DNA of 59,595 nt, taken from the sequence record DRR723986_2326. One strand, 5' to 3'. Numbering within the stretch: the first letter of the stretch is position 1; every line of letters starts with the position of its first letter. The notes beneath the pieces were generated by a model. It had not been told where the DNA came from and did not search any database. It saw nothing but the letters and a program-made list of their open reading frames with translations. Below, one piece after another: positions 1 through 10,072 of this stretch. The position numbers and the translations under genes are program-made.

Positions 1-577
1 CTCGATGAACAAGTTCTCCAAGGACCGGTTCCTCAATGTGGGTCCGCTCAAGCCTGAGAACGAACAGCTGATCGATATTTCGGGCGATAAGATGAAGGTG
101 GTCCATGATGGCCCAACCTTTGCCGAACCGCATGACAGTATCATCGTGCGTCGGGATATCGTGAACCCGGTCAACGTCTGGGACCGCAACGACCCAATGT
201 GGGAAGAGGCGCGCAAACAGGCCGAAGCCGACGGTGTTGATCTGGAAGACACCCCCGAGGAACCCATCCGGGACGGCAACAAAGTGCGCGTCTACATGAC
301 CTCGCAGGCGCCGACCTTCTCGATGGAGAAATTCACCGTCAAACAGGGCGACGAAGTCACCGTTTACGTGACCAACCTGGATGATGTGGATGACGTGACA
401 CACGGCTTCTGTATGGCGAACTTTGGTGTCGCAATGGAAGTCGGCCCAATGGCAACCGCCTCGGTCACCTTCATCGCAGAACGCCCCGGCGTTCATTGGT
501 TCTATTGTCAGTGGTTCTGCCACGCGCTCCACATGGAGATGCGCGGTCGGATGCTTGTCGAACCACGGGCGTCTTAA
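1..577 (+). CDS. nosZ: Nitrous oxide reductase, C-terminal part (5' truncated by the window edge)
   Basis: KFSKDRFL and FAEPHD motifs; cupredoxin CuA domain with HGF...[12 protein letters not shown]; followed by nosDFYLX. Confidence 0.97.
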   Translation, partial: SMNKFSKDRFLNVGPLKPENEQLIDISGDKMKVVHDGPTFAEPHDSIIVRRDIVNPVNVWDRNDPMWEEARKQAEADGVDLEDTPEEPIRDGNKVRVYMTSQAPTFSMEKFTVKQGDEVTVYVTNLDDVDDVTHGFCMANFGVAMEVGPMATASVTFIAERPGVHWFYCQWFCHALHMEMRGRMLVEPRAS

Positions 578-579
578 TC

Positions 580-1836
580 ATGCGCTGGCTCCTGACCATA
601 GCACTCTTGCTCGGTTCGCCCGTAGGGGCGGCAGATTGGGACGTGCCCAATCTGGCAGGGGCCATTGCTGAGACATTGGCACAGGCGGAGGAGGGAGACA
701 CCCTTCGCCTGTCGCCCGGTATCTATGCCGAAACCTTGGTTCTATCCCGGCCCGTCACAATCGACGGGCAGGGGCAGGCCACTTTGGACGGGCAAGGCAG
801 CGGCAGCGTGATAACCGTCACCGGCCCGGGCGTTACCGTGCAGAACCTGACCATTATCGGGTCGGGCTCTGACCACAAGGAAATCGACAGCGGAGTGCAG
901 CTGACCAAAACCGCCACCGCACCGCAGATCCTGAACAATGTGCTGATTGGCAACTTGTATGGGGTGGACATCCACGGGGCCAAAAACAGCCTTGTGCAGG
1001 GCAACCGGATCGAAGGCCGACTGGATCGCCACATGAATGCGCGCGGCAATGGCGTTTATGTCTGGAACGCGCCGGGTTCTGTTGTCGACAACAATGATAT
1101 TCAATACGGCCGCGACGGGGTCTTTGTGAACTCGTCAAAGAAAAACACCTTTACCAACAACCTGTTCCGCGACCTGCGATTTGCCGTGCATTACATGTAT
1201 GCGGATAACTCCGAGGTCTCTGGCAACGTTTCCATTGGCAATGATCTGGGCTATGCGGTGATGTTCACCAAACGGGTCAAGATCACGGACAATGTCTCGA
1301 TCAATGACCGCGAACACGGGGTCATGCTGAACTACGCCAACCAAAGCGTGATTTCTGGCAATGTAGTGATCGGCGCGCAGCAAAAATGCACGTTCCTCTA
1401 CAATGCCCACAAGAACGAATTCACCAACAACTGGTTCGAAGGTTGCGGCATTGGCATTCACTTTACTGCTGGCAGCCAACGCAATCGCATTGTCGGCAAC
1501 AGCTTTATCGGCAACCGGACGCAGGTCAAATATGTCTCGACCAAATGGGTCGAGTGGTCCGAAAACGGGCAAGGCAATTACTGGTCCGATTTCGCCGCTT
1601 TTGATGTGGACGGCAACGGCATAGCCGATGCCCCCTATCGCCCGAATGACAGCATGGACCATGTGTTGTGGACGCAGCCAGCCGCCAAAATGCTGCTGGG
1701 GTCGCCTGCCGTGCAACTTGTGCGCTGGTCCCAATCCGCCTTTCCGGCCCTGTTGCCGGGCGGTGTTATGGACAGCCATGCTATGATGAAACCCGTCGAA
1801 CCCGACGCAATGAAAAAGGTGCCTCATGATGGATAA
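580..1836 (+). CDS. nosD: N2O reductase maturation protein NosD (periplasmic beta-helix)
   Basis: ATG at 580, 2 nt after the nosZ stop; signal peptide MRWLLTIALLLG; RGNGVYVWN, LRFAVHYMY and GNYWSD motifs. Confidence 0.95.
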   Translation: MRWLLTIALLLGSPVGAADWDVPNLAGAIAETLAQAEEGDTLRLSPGIYAETLVLSRPVTIDGQGQATLDGQGSGSVITVTGPGVTVQNLTIIGSGSDHKEIDSGVQLTKTATAPQILNNVLIGNLYGVDIHGAKNSLVQGNRIEGRLDRHMNARGNGVYVWNAPGSVVDNNDIQYGRDGVFVNSSKKNTFTNNLFRDLRFAVHYMYADNSEVSGNVSIGNDLGYAVMFTKRVKITDNVSINDREHGVMLNYANQSVISGNVVIGAQQKCTFLYNAHKNEFTNNWFEGCGIGIHFTAGSQRNRIVGNSFIGNRTQVKYVSTKWVEWSENGQGNYWSDFAAFDVDGNGIADAPYRPNDSMDHVLWTQPAAKMLLGSPAVQLVRWSQSAFPALLPGGVMDSHAMMKPVEPDAMKKVPHDG

Positions 1837-2719
1837 GGCCCTGACCATCTCAAACGTGAACAAAGACCGCGGTAAAATCCGGGTGCTGAGCGATATTAAC
1901 CTGTCCCTTTCCCCAGGTGAACGCGTGGCCCTGTTGGGGCACAACGGCGCCGGAAAATCCACGCTGATAAAATCCATTCTGGGTCTGACCACGTTTCAAT
2001 CCGGTGAGATCCTGATTGGAGCGGCCAAACCCGGCAGCGCCCGCGCGCGCGCCGCGACGACCTTTCTGCCCGAGGCGGTTTCGTTCCACCCCGCCTTGAC
2101 CGGGCGTGAACAGTTGACGCTGTTTGCGCGTCTGGCGGGGGAAAAAGCCGATGTCGCCGGGTTGCTGGACCGCGTTGGGCTGCCCGAAGCGATGGATCGC
2201 CGCATTGGCACCTATTCCAAGGGCATGCGTCAACGGCTGGGTCTGGCGCAGGTTCTGCTGGGCAAACCCGAGGTGGCGCTGCTCGATGAGCCCACCAGTG
2301 GTCTCGACCCGATTTCGCGCCAAGATCTATATGCCATCATTGATGAACTGGCGGCGCAAGGCACTGCTGTTCTGATCGCCAGCCACGCCCTGACCGAGGT
2401 CGAAGCCCGCACCGACCGCATCGCCATTCTGCGCAAGGGCGCAAAGGTGGCTGATGACACACTGTCCAATCTGGCAGATCAGGCCGGGCTGCCGATCAAG
2501 TTGCGCATCCGCGCGGCCGAAAACTCCGATGCCTTGGCGGCACAGACCGGGGGGACCCGCATAAACGGCGCGTCGGTTGAACTGCTGTGTTCCCCCGCCA
2601 CCAAGATGCAGGCGCTGCGTCAGGTCGCAGCACTTGGGGATGCTGTTGTGGATGTGGACGTGACGCCGCCGCGTCTCGAAGATCTGTATCGTCACTATTC
2701 AGGGGAGGCCGTGCAATGA
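1826..2719 (+). CDS. nosF: ABC ATPase NosF
   Basis: Walker A GHNGAGKST, YSKGMRQR signature, LLDEPTSGLD; position in the nos operon. Confidence 0.95.
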   Translation: MMDKALTISNVNKDRGKIRVLSDINLSLSPGERVALLGHNGAGKSTLIKSILGLTTFQSGEILIGAAKPGSARARAATTFLPEAVSFHPALTGREQLTLFARLAGEKADVAGLLDRVGLPEAMDRRIGTYSKGMRQRLGLAQVLLGKPEVALLDEPTSGLDPISRQDLYAIIDELAAQGTAVLIASHALTEVEARTDRIAILRKGAKVADDTLSNLADQAGLPIKLRIRAAENSDALAAQTGGTRINGASVELLCSPATKMQALRQVAALGDAVVDVDVTPPRLEDLYRHYSGEAVQ

Positions 2720-3537
2720 CCCGTTTTCTCGCTATTGCGGTTGCTGAAATGCACATCCTGCGTCGCAATCGCTGGCTGTTCATGGCGACGTTTATCATGG
2801 TGCTGTTTGCCTTGGCTCTGACATTCGCCGGTAGCGCCCCCACGGGGGCGTTGGGGGTGGATATGTTAACCGTGTCTGTGGCGTCGATGACCACCTTGTC
2901 GGTCTATCTGGCTCCGTTATTGGCCCTGATGATTTCGTTTGATTCCATCGCCGGTGAATCTGACCGCGGCAGTCTTGCCTTGTTGCTGGCCTATCCCGCT
3001 GGGCGCGGAGAGATCCTGCTCGGCAAGTTCACGGCCCATATCGCCGCGCTTGCCTTTGCCATGACAATTGGCTTTGGCACGGCAGGGGCTGTGGCCGCTT
3101 GGTTTGGCGGCGTCAGTGTCGACAGCCTGATTGCACTGCTCCGGTTGATCCTGACGTCAATCTTGTTGGGCGCTGTGTTTTTGGCCTTGGGTTATTGCCT
3201 GTCGGCTTTGGCCGGGGGGGCGACGGCTGCGGCTGGGATGTCGGCCGGTCTGTGGCTGATTTTTGTGGTGCTTTATGATCTTGGGCTTTTGGGAGCTGTC
3301 GTTCTGGACCAAGGCGGCGTCTTTACCCAATCGGTTTTTCCGTGGGTGATGGTCGCCAACCCCGCAGATGCGTTCCGTGTCTGGAACATTGCCGCCTCTG
3401 ACAGTGTCGCGTTGACTTCTGGCATGACCGGCGCGGCACAGGCGTTGCCGATGTGGGCCGCCCCTGTCTCGCTGCTGATCTGGCCGGTGATTGGCTTTGT
3501 CTTGGCCCGGGCCGCGTTTCAAAGGGTAGAGCCATGA
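2716..3537 (+). CDS. nosY: ABC permease NosY
   Basis: ATGA overlap with nosF; multiple hydrophobic segments; GESDRGSLALLLAYP and NPADAFR motifs. Confidence 0.93.
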   Translation: MTRFLAIAVAEMHILRRNRWLFMATFIMVLFALALTFAGSAPTGALGVDMLTVSVASMTTLSVYLAPLLALMISFDSIAGESDRGSLALLLAYPAGRGEILLGKFTAHIAALAFAMTIGFGTAGAVAAWFGGVSVDSLIALLRLILTSILLGAVFLALGYCLSALAGGATAAAGMSAGLWLIFVVLYDLGLLGAVVLDQGGVFTQSVFPWVMVANPADAFRVWNIAASDSVALTSGMTGAAQALPMWAAPVSLLIWPVIGFVLARAAFQRVEP

Positions 3538-4052
3538 AGCGTCTGATCCTGATCGCGGCACTGGCCTTAACTGCTTGCAAAGAAGACGTGGCGCAAGCTC
3601 CGCCCGAACCAATTGAAATGACCGAACTGGCGCTCAGCTATTTCTGTCAGATGAATATATCCGAACATGGTGGTCCCAAGGCGCAGATCCATCTCAAAGG
3701 GTACCCTCAACCGCTGTTTTTTGCGCAGGTCCGGGATATGGTCGCCTATGTCAAAAGCCCCGAACGGGACGCCGAGATTACCGCAATCTACGTGACCGAT
3801 ATGTCTGTTGCCCCCAGTTGGGCAAACCCCGGAGCAGCAAACTGGATCGCGGCAGATGCTGCCAATTTTGTTGTTGGATCAAACGTTGCCGGGGGCATGG
3901 GCGCCCCGGAAATTGTGCCGTTTGGCACCCTTGATGGGGCGGGCGCGTTTATATCGACCTATGGTGGCCGCGCGCTGCCGCTGACTGAAATTCCAGACGA
4001 TGCCGCGCTTGGGCCGGTTGATCTGGACCTTGCTCTGGAGACACCGGCATGA
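3534..4052 (+). CDS. nosL: Copper chaperone lipoprotein NosL
   Basis: ATGA overlap; lipobox LTAC; CQM...HGGPKAQI and GGMGAPE motifs. Confidence 0.93.
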   Translation: MKRLILIAALALTACKEDVAQAPPEPIEMTELALSYFCQMNISEHGGPKAQIHLKGYPQPLFFAQVRDMVAYVKSPERDAEITAIYVTDMSVAPSWANPGAANWIAADAANFVVGSNVAGGMGAPEIVPFGTLDGAGAFISTYGGRALPLTEIPDDAALGPVDLDLALETPA

Positions 4053-4957
4053 CGACCCTTTCCCGTCGCCGTTTTTTGACAATCTCAGCTTCGACCTTGG
4101 CAGTGCCTGCTTTTGCGATGGACGCGCCTATCGCGTCTTGGCGCGGGACGGCCATGGGGGCGTCCGCGTCCATGCAGTTGCAGGGGATAACACCCGAGGT
4201 TGCAGCCCCCATTTTTGCGGCAGTTGAACAAGAATTGGGGCGGTTGGAGAATATTTTCAGCCTGTATCGCTCTCACTCACAACTGAGCCGCTTAAATCAA
4301 ACTGGTCACTTGGAAAACCCGGCGCCTGAATTGCTGGAGGTGCTGAGCCTGTGTGACACGTTGCACCAGAGCAGTGGCGGCGCGTTTGATCCAACGATCC
4401 AACCCTATTGGCAGGCACTGGCGCGGCGTGCGCCAGAACCTGAGCTGGACCAGGCGCGGGGCTTGATCGGGTGGGAAAACGTACGATTTGACCCGGTTTC
4501 TGTACGATTTGAAATTGGTCCCGGCATGGCGCTGACCCTCAACGGTGTCGCACAGGGGGCCGTTACGGATCGGATTGCGGCTCTGCTCAGGGCGCAGGGG
4601 CTGCGGGATGTCATGGTCAACATGGGTGAAATCTCGGCGCGCGGGAACCGGCGGGGCGCAGGCGGGTGGTCCGCTGGCATTGCAACACCCGAAGGACGTG
4701 TCGTGCATCGCGTGACATTACAGGATCGTGCGATTGCGACCTCGTCCCCACGGGGCATGATGATCAACCCGGATTTGGGGGTCGGGCACATCCTGGATGC
4801 CTCGGGGCAAACCCCACAGCGCGGATTGGTTTCGGTCACGGCCCCCACGGCTGCATTGGCGGATGGATTGTCCACGGCGCTGTGTTTGCTGGATGACCAA
4901 GCGGCGGAATTGGCGCTGCGCGCGCATCCCACGGCAGAATTGGTTTACAGCGCCTAG
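4049..4957 (+). CDS. nosX: ApbE-family FAD:protein FMN transferase NosX
   Basis: Tat signal SRRRFL; AMG, FDPTIQP, LNGVAQG, ATS, HILD and ADGLSTAL ApbE motifs. Confidence 0.92.
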   Translation: MTTLSRRRFLTISASTLAVPAFAMDAPIASWRGTAMGASASMQLQGITPEVAAPIFAAVEQELGRLENIFSLYRSHSQLSRLNQTGHLENPAPELLEVLSLCDTLHQSSGGAFDPTIQPYWQALARRAPEPELDQARGLIGWENVRFDPVSVRFEIGPGMALTLNGVAQGAVTDRIAALLRAQGLRDVMVNMGEISARGNRRGAGGWSAGIATPEGRVVHRVTLQDRAIATSSPRGMMINPDLGVGHILDASGQTPQRGLVSVTAPTAALADGLSTALCLLDDQAAELALRAHPTAELVYSA

Positions 4958-4975
4958 GCGCTGCGTCCACCGGGT

Positions 4976-5437
4976 TTACGGAACGCGTGCGCGATCTATG
5001 AACTTGCGCAGCGCGAACCGGGATCGAACAACGCGAATGCCTTTGATTTTCATCAGTTTGGATTGCAGGAAGGTTTCGAATTCTTCCAAACCTTCCACCG
5101 CGACTTCGAGCAGGAAATCCTGTGTTCCGGTCATCAGGGTCCCCATGACCACTTCTTCGAACAGGGCCACCTGATTTTGGAAGTTCTGGATCTCGGCGCT
5201 GTCTTGTCGTTCCAGCTCGATTGAAACAAAGGCAGTGATGCCAAATCCTGCAACTTTGCGGTCGATCTGCGCGCCATAGCCAGAGATCAGACCCTTTTCT
5301 TCGAGACGTTGCAGGCGGCGTTTGCAGGGGGTGGCGGACAAGCCAACCCTGTCGGCCAGTTGAACAACGGACATGCGGCCATCTTCGCCCAAAGCGCGGA
5401 GTATCTTTCGATCTATGTCATCCGTAGTGAATTTCAC
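4976..5437 (-). CDS. Lrp/AsnC family transcriptional regulator
   Basis: DDIDRKIL...LADRVGLSATPCKRRLQRLEEKGLI HTH; probable GTG start at 5437; divergent from the amino acid dehydrogenase. Confidence 0.9.
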   Translation of the reverse strand: MKFTTDDIDRKILRALGEDGRMSVVQLADRVGLSATPCKRRLQRLEEKGLISGYGAQIDRKVAGFGITAFVSIELERQDSAEIQNFQNQVALFEEVVMGTLMTGTQDFLLEVAVEGLEEFETFLQSKLMKIKGIRVVRSRFALRKFIDRARVP

Positions 5438-5567
5438 TATACATTTCCCAATGCGTAGATGTTTCCTGCTGTCTTCTTTCGGATACTCTAGGATGCGAGA
5501 TTTTTCAACCAAACAGATCTGATAGATTGGCCCCCGATCAGCACATCAAAGACATCACGAGGGCCTC

Positions 5568-6638
5568 ATGCAGCTTGACCTGACAGACGAAACACCCCCC
5601 GCCGGATACGAGCGCCTGCTTTTTGTTCAGGATCAGGCGAGCGGGTTGCGCGCCTATATCTGCATTCATTCCACGGCCTGTGGCCCTGCTGCGGGCGGGT
5701 GTCGGATGTGGAACTATGCCTCGCAAGCTGAGGCCCGCGCGGACGTGTTGCGGTTGGCCGAGGGGATGACCAGCAAGAACGCGGTTGCAGGGCTTGGGTT
5801 AGGGGGCGGAAAGTCGGTGATTATCGGCAACGCGGCGACGGATAAATCCGAGGCGTTGTTCCAAGCGTTTGGCAAAGCGGTCAACAGCTTGCAGGGGCAG
5901 TATTACACCGCCGAAGATGTTGGGATATCGCCCAGCGACATGGCCATGATTGCGCAGATGACGCCGTTTGCGGTGGGTTTGGATCATGGCGATCATGGCA
6001 GCGGAGATCCCTCGCCGTTTACTGCCGAAGGGGTGTTTCAGTGTCTGAAAGTGGGCGCGGCAGAGGTTTTCAGCTCGGGCGATTTAACCGGGCGCAAGGT
6101 GCTTGTTCAGGGGTTGGGGCATGTGGGCATGTCCTTGGCCGAAAAACTGCATCAAGCGGGCGCTGAACTGATTGTGTCAGACATCAACGCGGATGCGATT
6201 GCGCAAGCCCAGTCGCGATTTGGGGCCACCGATTGCGCGCCAGAGGCGGTGTTTGAGACGGACATGGACATTTTCGCGCCCTGTGCTTTGGGCGGGGTGC
6301 TGACGCACGAAACCGCCGGGCGTTTGACAGCGCGGTTGGTGTGTGGCGCGGCCAACAACCAGTTGGCGACGCCTGACGTTGCAGAAACTTTGCGCGCACG
6401 CAACATCCACTATCTGCCGGACTATGTGGTCAATGCGGGCGGTATCATCAGCGTTGCGGGCGAAATTCATCAAGCAGGACCAGAATACCGGTTGGCACGG
6501 TTGGCGGGCGTGGCCGAGCGCATTCAACAGATCCTGAGTGTGAGCCGCAAAACTGGAAAGACCACAACAGGTGTTGCGGATGACATGGTTGCCAGCATCA
6601 TCGCCGATGCCCGCGCCCAACAGGCGGGCGCGGCCTGA
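5568..6638 (+). CDS. Leu/Phe/Val dehydrogenase
   Basis: GPAAGGCR, GGGKSVI, YTAEDVG, GDPSPFTA, QGLGHVG, GAANNQL and PDYVVNAGG motifs. Confidence 0.92.
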   Translation: MQLDLTDETPPAGYERLLFVQDQASGLRAYICIHSTACGPAAGGCRMWNYASQAEARADVLRLAEGMTSKNAVAGLGLGGGKSVIIGNAATDKSEALFQAFGKAVNSLQGQYYTAEDVGISPSDMAMIAQMTPFAVGLDHGDHGSGDPSPFTAEGVFQCLKVGAAEVFSSGDLTGRKVLVQGLGHVGMSLAEKLHQAGAELIVSDINADAIAQAQSRFGATDCAPEAVFETDMDIFAPCALGGVLTHETAGRLTARLVCGAANNQLATPDVAETLRARNIHYLPDYVVNAGGIISVAGEIHQAGPEYRLARLAGVAERIQQILSVSRKTGKTTTGVADDMVASIIADARAQQAGAA

Positions 6639-6738
6639 AGATATTCCGATGTGTGAAGGTGACTTACGTGGCGTCTGAGTAGATTTTTACCAGAGGCCAC
6701 GTCACCTTTGCGCCAACGGATTGATCAGGGGGCGTGAC

Positions 6739-8181
6739 ATGCGCAGGATTTTTGGGTGGCTTTTTGGGGCCCTGTTTGTGCTTATCGCGGTGCTGGCCTT
6801 TAACACTTGGCAATACACGCCAGAGGGTCAAGGCGACGCGACCACCTTTGATCTGGGAGCTGATTTGGACACCGCGACCGAGGCGCTGTCGCAGGCGATC
6901 CGGTTTGAGACGATTTCTGATGGGGATCATCAGGTTGCGTTTGATGGGTTCCTTGCCTTTTTGCAGTCCCGGTTCCCACAGTTTCACGCCACGACAGAGC
7001 GGACCGAGCTTGCCAGCAACACCGTGCTGTACAAATGGCAGGGCGCTGATCCGACCTTGGCCCCGGTGTTGCTTGCGGCGCATTCGGATGTTGTGCCGAT
7101 TGCAAGTGGATCTGTGGATCGCTGGAGCTATACGCCGTTTTCGGGTGAAGTTGCGGATGGCTATATCTGGGGTCGTGGCACGCTGGACAACAAGGGCGCG
7201 TTGATTGCCATTTTGGCCGCGGCTGAGCATGTGGCAGCGACCGGGTTCACGCCCAAGCGGACGGTCTATTTCAGTTTTGGTGGTGACGAAGAAGTCGGCG
7301 GCGAAGGGGCCAAGGCGGTCGCCGATCACTTGGTCAAATCAGGGGTGCGTCTGGCTTGGTCGTTGGACGAGGGGTCCTTTGTTCTGGATGATGTTATTCC
7401 CGGTCTTGATGTGCCTGTGGCCAGTATCAACTTGTCGGAAAAAGGATATCTGACCGTCACATTGATTGCCGAAGCCGCGGGCGGGCATTCTGCTTTACCG
7501 CCCAAGATTACCGCTGTTGGACGAATTGCCCGCGCGGTAGATCGGTTGCAATCGACACTCATGCCCGGTGGATTGGACGGTGTATCGGCCGATTTCTTTG
7601 ACAAGCTGGGGCGGTATTTCTCGCTTGAAAAGCGGGTTTTGTTCGCAAACCAATGGCTGTTTTCGCCTGTGTTGGAAGAGGTTCTTTCGGGCGCCGCAAC
7701 AACCAACGCCATGCTGCGCACAACAACCGCGCCGACCATGTTGTCGGGGTCGAACAAAGAAAACGTATTGGCAGCACGGGCTACGGCCAAGATCAATTTC
7801 AGGCTGCACCCGCGCGATAGCATTGATGATGTGATCGCCCATGTCCGGGACACGATTGACGACGATCAGGTCATAATCGAAGTGAACCGGGATTTCGCGA
7901 GCGAAGCCTCGCCGGTTGCGCCCACCGACACCGAAGGGTTCAGACAGATCGAACAGGCCATCTATTCAACATTTGGCCCGCTTGCCTCTGTGCCGGGGCT
8001 GACGATTGCGGCGACGGATTCGCGGCACTATGCGTTAGTTGCTGATGCTGCCTATCGGATCAATCCGTTCATCGTGAAGAATGATGATATCGCGCGGTTC
8101 CACGGGATTGATGAGCGGTTGTCGATTGAGAACCTGAACCACGGCATCAACTTTTTTGGCAAGCTGTTGCTGGATCAGTAA
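6739..8181 (+). CDS. M20 family metallopeptidase / amidohydrolase (CPS1/PM20D1-like) with N-terminal membrane anchor
   Basis: AHSDVVP, GRGTLDNKG, DEEVGG, DEG and FHGIDER metal-ligand motifs; hydrophobic N-terminus; ATG at 6739. Confidence 0.88.
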   Translation: MRRIFGWLFGALFVLIAVLAFNTWQYTPEGQGDATTFDLGADLDTATEALSQAIRFETISDGDHQVAFDGFLAFLQSRFPQFHATTERTELASNTVLYKWQGADPTLAPVLLAAHSDVVPIASGSVDRWSYTPFSGEVADGYIWGRGTLDNKGALIAILAAAEHVAATGFTPKRTVYFSFGGDEEVGGEGAKAVADHLVKSGVRLAWSLDEGSFVLDDVIPGLDVPVASINLSEKGYLTVTLIAEAAGGHSALPPKITAVGRIARAVDRLQSTLMPGGLDGVSADFFDKLGRYFSLEKRVLFANQWLFSPVLEEVLSGAATTNAMLRTTTAPTMLSGSNKENVLAARATAKINFRLHPRDSIDDVIAHVRDTIDDDQVIIEVNRDFASEASPVAPTDTEGFRQIEQAIYSTFGPLASVPGLTIAATDSRHYALVADAAYRINPFIVKNDDIARFHGIDERLSIENLNHGINFFGKLLLDQ

Positions 8182-8184
8182 GGG

Positions 8185-9129
8185 TTACAGGCTTTCGGCG
8201 GCAAGGCGCAGCGCGTCGAGGAATGCCGCCCCGGTTGGGGACAGCGTGCTGTCTTGGCGATAGGACACGCCAACGGGGCCATCGCCAAAGGGGACGTTCC
8301 AATTCAGCCGCCGGAGCGTTCCGTTTTCCACATCCTGCGTGATGACATGCGCGGGCATCAGGCCGATGAAATCACGCGCTTGTAGCAGTGCCCGGTTGGT
8401 GAGGTACGAGACGGACTCTAACGCCAGTGGTGGGAGGTATTGATCCTGATTGACGAAAAACTGGTCGATCTGGCGCCGCAGGCTGGTTTCGACCGGGGGT
8501 AAGATCCATCCATAGGGCTTTAGGTCTTCGAAATTGTGGGTCATTTTTTGGGTCAGGGGGTGGCCCTTGCCCACAATCGCCACGATCCGATCATCAAACA
8601 GTTTTTCCTGAGCCAAATCAAAGCGATGGCGGTGGGTGGGCAAACGCCCCACGACCAGATCAATTTCCCCGGATCGAAGGGCGGGCATCAGGACTTCGTT
8701 GGTGCCTTCGACCACTTTGATGGCGACGTTTGGGCGGGCTTTTAGGACCGTATCAATCGCGCGAGGCAGCAAGTGAGAGGACGCCGCAAGGAGCGTTCCG
8801 ATCACGACCCGACCACTGTTGCCTTCGTTCAAATCATCGAGTTCCTGCGCGGCGTTCGACACTTGTGCAAAGATCAGTTTCCCGTGCCGGATCAGCGCCT
8901 CGCCATAGGGCGTTGGGACTACGCCGCGGTTGGTGCGTTCGAACAGCAGAACCTCAAAATCCAGCTCAAGGTCTTTAATCATTTTGGTGGCTGCAGGTTG
9001 CGATACGTTCAACTCGCGCGCGGCGTTCAGGATATTGCGGTGCTTGCCCACGGCCACCAACAGGCGCAGCTGTTTCAGCTTGAGGCGTGTCAGGACGCGT
9101 TCGACGATGCGGGAGTGGCTGGCGGGCAA
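8185..9129 (-). CDS. LysR family regulator (GbpR/PcaQ/GalR-like)
   Basis: RLKLKQLRLLVA...AARELNVSQPAATKMIKDLE HTH; LFERTNRGV; TTG start. Confidence 0.92.
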   Translation of the reverse strand: MPASHSRIVERVLTRLKLKQLRLLVAVGKHRNILNAARELNVSQPAATKMIKDLELDFEVLLFERTNRGVVPTPYGEALIRHGKLIFAQVSNAAQELDDLNEGNSGRVVIGTLLAASSHLLPRAIDTVLKARPNVAIKVVEGTNEVLMPALRSGEIDLVVGRLPTHRHRFDLAQEKLFDDRIVAIVGKGHPLTQKMTHNFEDLKPYGWILPPVETSLRRQIDQFFVNQDQYLPPLALESVSYLTNRALLQARDFIGLMPAHVITQDVENGTLRRLNWNVPFGDGPVGVSYRQDSTLSPTGAAFLDALRLAAESL

Positions 9130-9140
9130 GGGGGACCTCT

Positions 9141-9926
9141 TTAAAACCGGATGGCCAAGGCGTGTTGCTGGATGGTGCTGACGACGCTCATCGCGGCAAG
9201 GGCCGAGCTGCGGGGATTGTCTGGCAGGGCTTGTCCTTCGATGCGGAAGTTGAAGGACCCAAAATCACCTTGGGCGTGGATTTCGTGGATGTTCCGGTCG
9301 ATGGTTGCATCGGCGATGAGTTCGACCTCGGTGGCGTCAAACCCAACCCCGGCCAGCGCCACGGCTGCGGCGACGTTGGCGTTTTTGGGGTATTCTAGTG
9401 CGGCTTGGCGGGCGGTCCCTTGGAAGTGGGTTTGAGCCCCGTCTGTCAAATCAGACAGGTCCAATTTGGTTTCCGCCGCTGAGCCGCGCCACCCTTGCGG
9501 GGGTTTGCGTCCGACATAGCGCACCGATTTTAGCGTGCCGACTTGCGCACTGCGCAACGTGTCGAGCGCGCCGATGGCACCGGTGGCCAGTACGAGGGCT
9601 CCGTTCCCTTTGGTGGCGGCTTGTTGCAGTGTCTGGTGCAACTTTTGGTCCGCCAACGCACCGATGGAAACGGTGACCAAAGTATGCCCGGCCCGCAGGA
9701 GGTCCGGGCCATATTGCGCAAGGGCCTGATGACCGGCGCAGTCTGCGATCAGGTCGAGGGTGGCTGGGAACTGCGCGGGGTCAGCAATGAAGGTTGGGCC
9801 GGCACTGGTGGTATGGGGCACGCGATCTGGGCGCACAAGAATGGTGTCAATCTGATGCCTGGAAGACATCAGGTGGTGCTGTGCATATCGCGAGATTGAG
9901 CCGTTGCCGATCAGACCGATTTTCAT
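9141..9926 (-). CDS. L-aspartate dehydrogenase family protein (NadX-like)
   Basis: IGNGSI Rossmann motif; CAGH, SIGAL, GAIGALD, RKPP, YPKNANVAA, NIHEI and NPRSSALAA motifs. Confidence 0.88.
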   Translation of the reverse strand: MKIGLIGNGSISRYAQHHLMSSRHQIDTILVRPDRVPHTTSAGPTFIADPAQFPATLDLIADCAGHQALAQYGPDLLRAGHTLVTVSIGALADQKLHQTLQQAATKGNGALVLATGAIGALDTLRSAQVGTLKSVRYVGRKPPQGWRGSAAETKLDLSDLTDGAQTHFQGTARQAALEYPKNANVAAAVALAGVGFDATEVELIADATIDRNIHEIHAQGDFGSFNFRIEGQALPDNPRSSALAAMSVVSTIQQHALAIRF

Positions 9927-9974
9927 GCGTTCCTCCGAAAGTTGGGTGTAGTATACTTTGGCTCTGGCGCGATA

Positions 9975-9995
9975 GGTATTATTTTTGGTTATACC
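9975..9995. promoter_or_regulatory. Putative LysR binding site (T-N11-A with dyad)
   Basis: GGTAT-N11-ATACC in the AT-rich divergent intergenic region; contains a GGTTAT half-site resembling PcaQ/GalR boxes. Confidence 0.6.
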
Positions 9996-10072
9996 GGGAT
10001 CGGATAATTGGATTTGGATTCTGGCTGTGTTTTTGCCCTAGTGGGCCTGACAGCAGAAATTGCGAGTGGCGC

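Noticed and set aside
9794-10072. 93-codon N-terminal extension of the Mo-subunit ORF
   Set aside because: It overlaps the divergent aspartate dehydrogenase gene and its promoter; family similarity begins only after ATG 10073.
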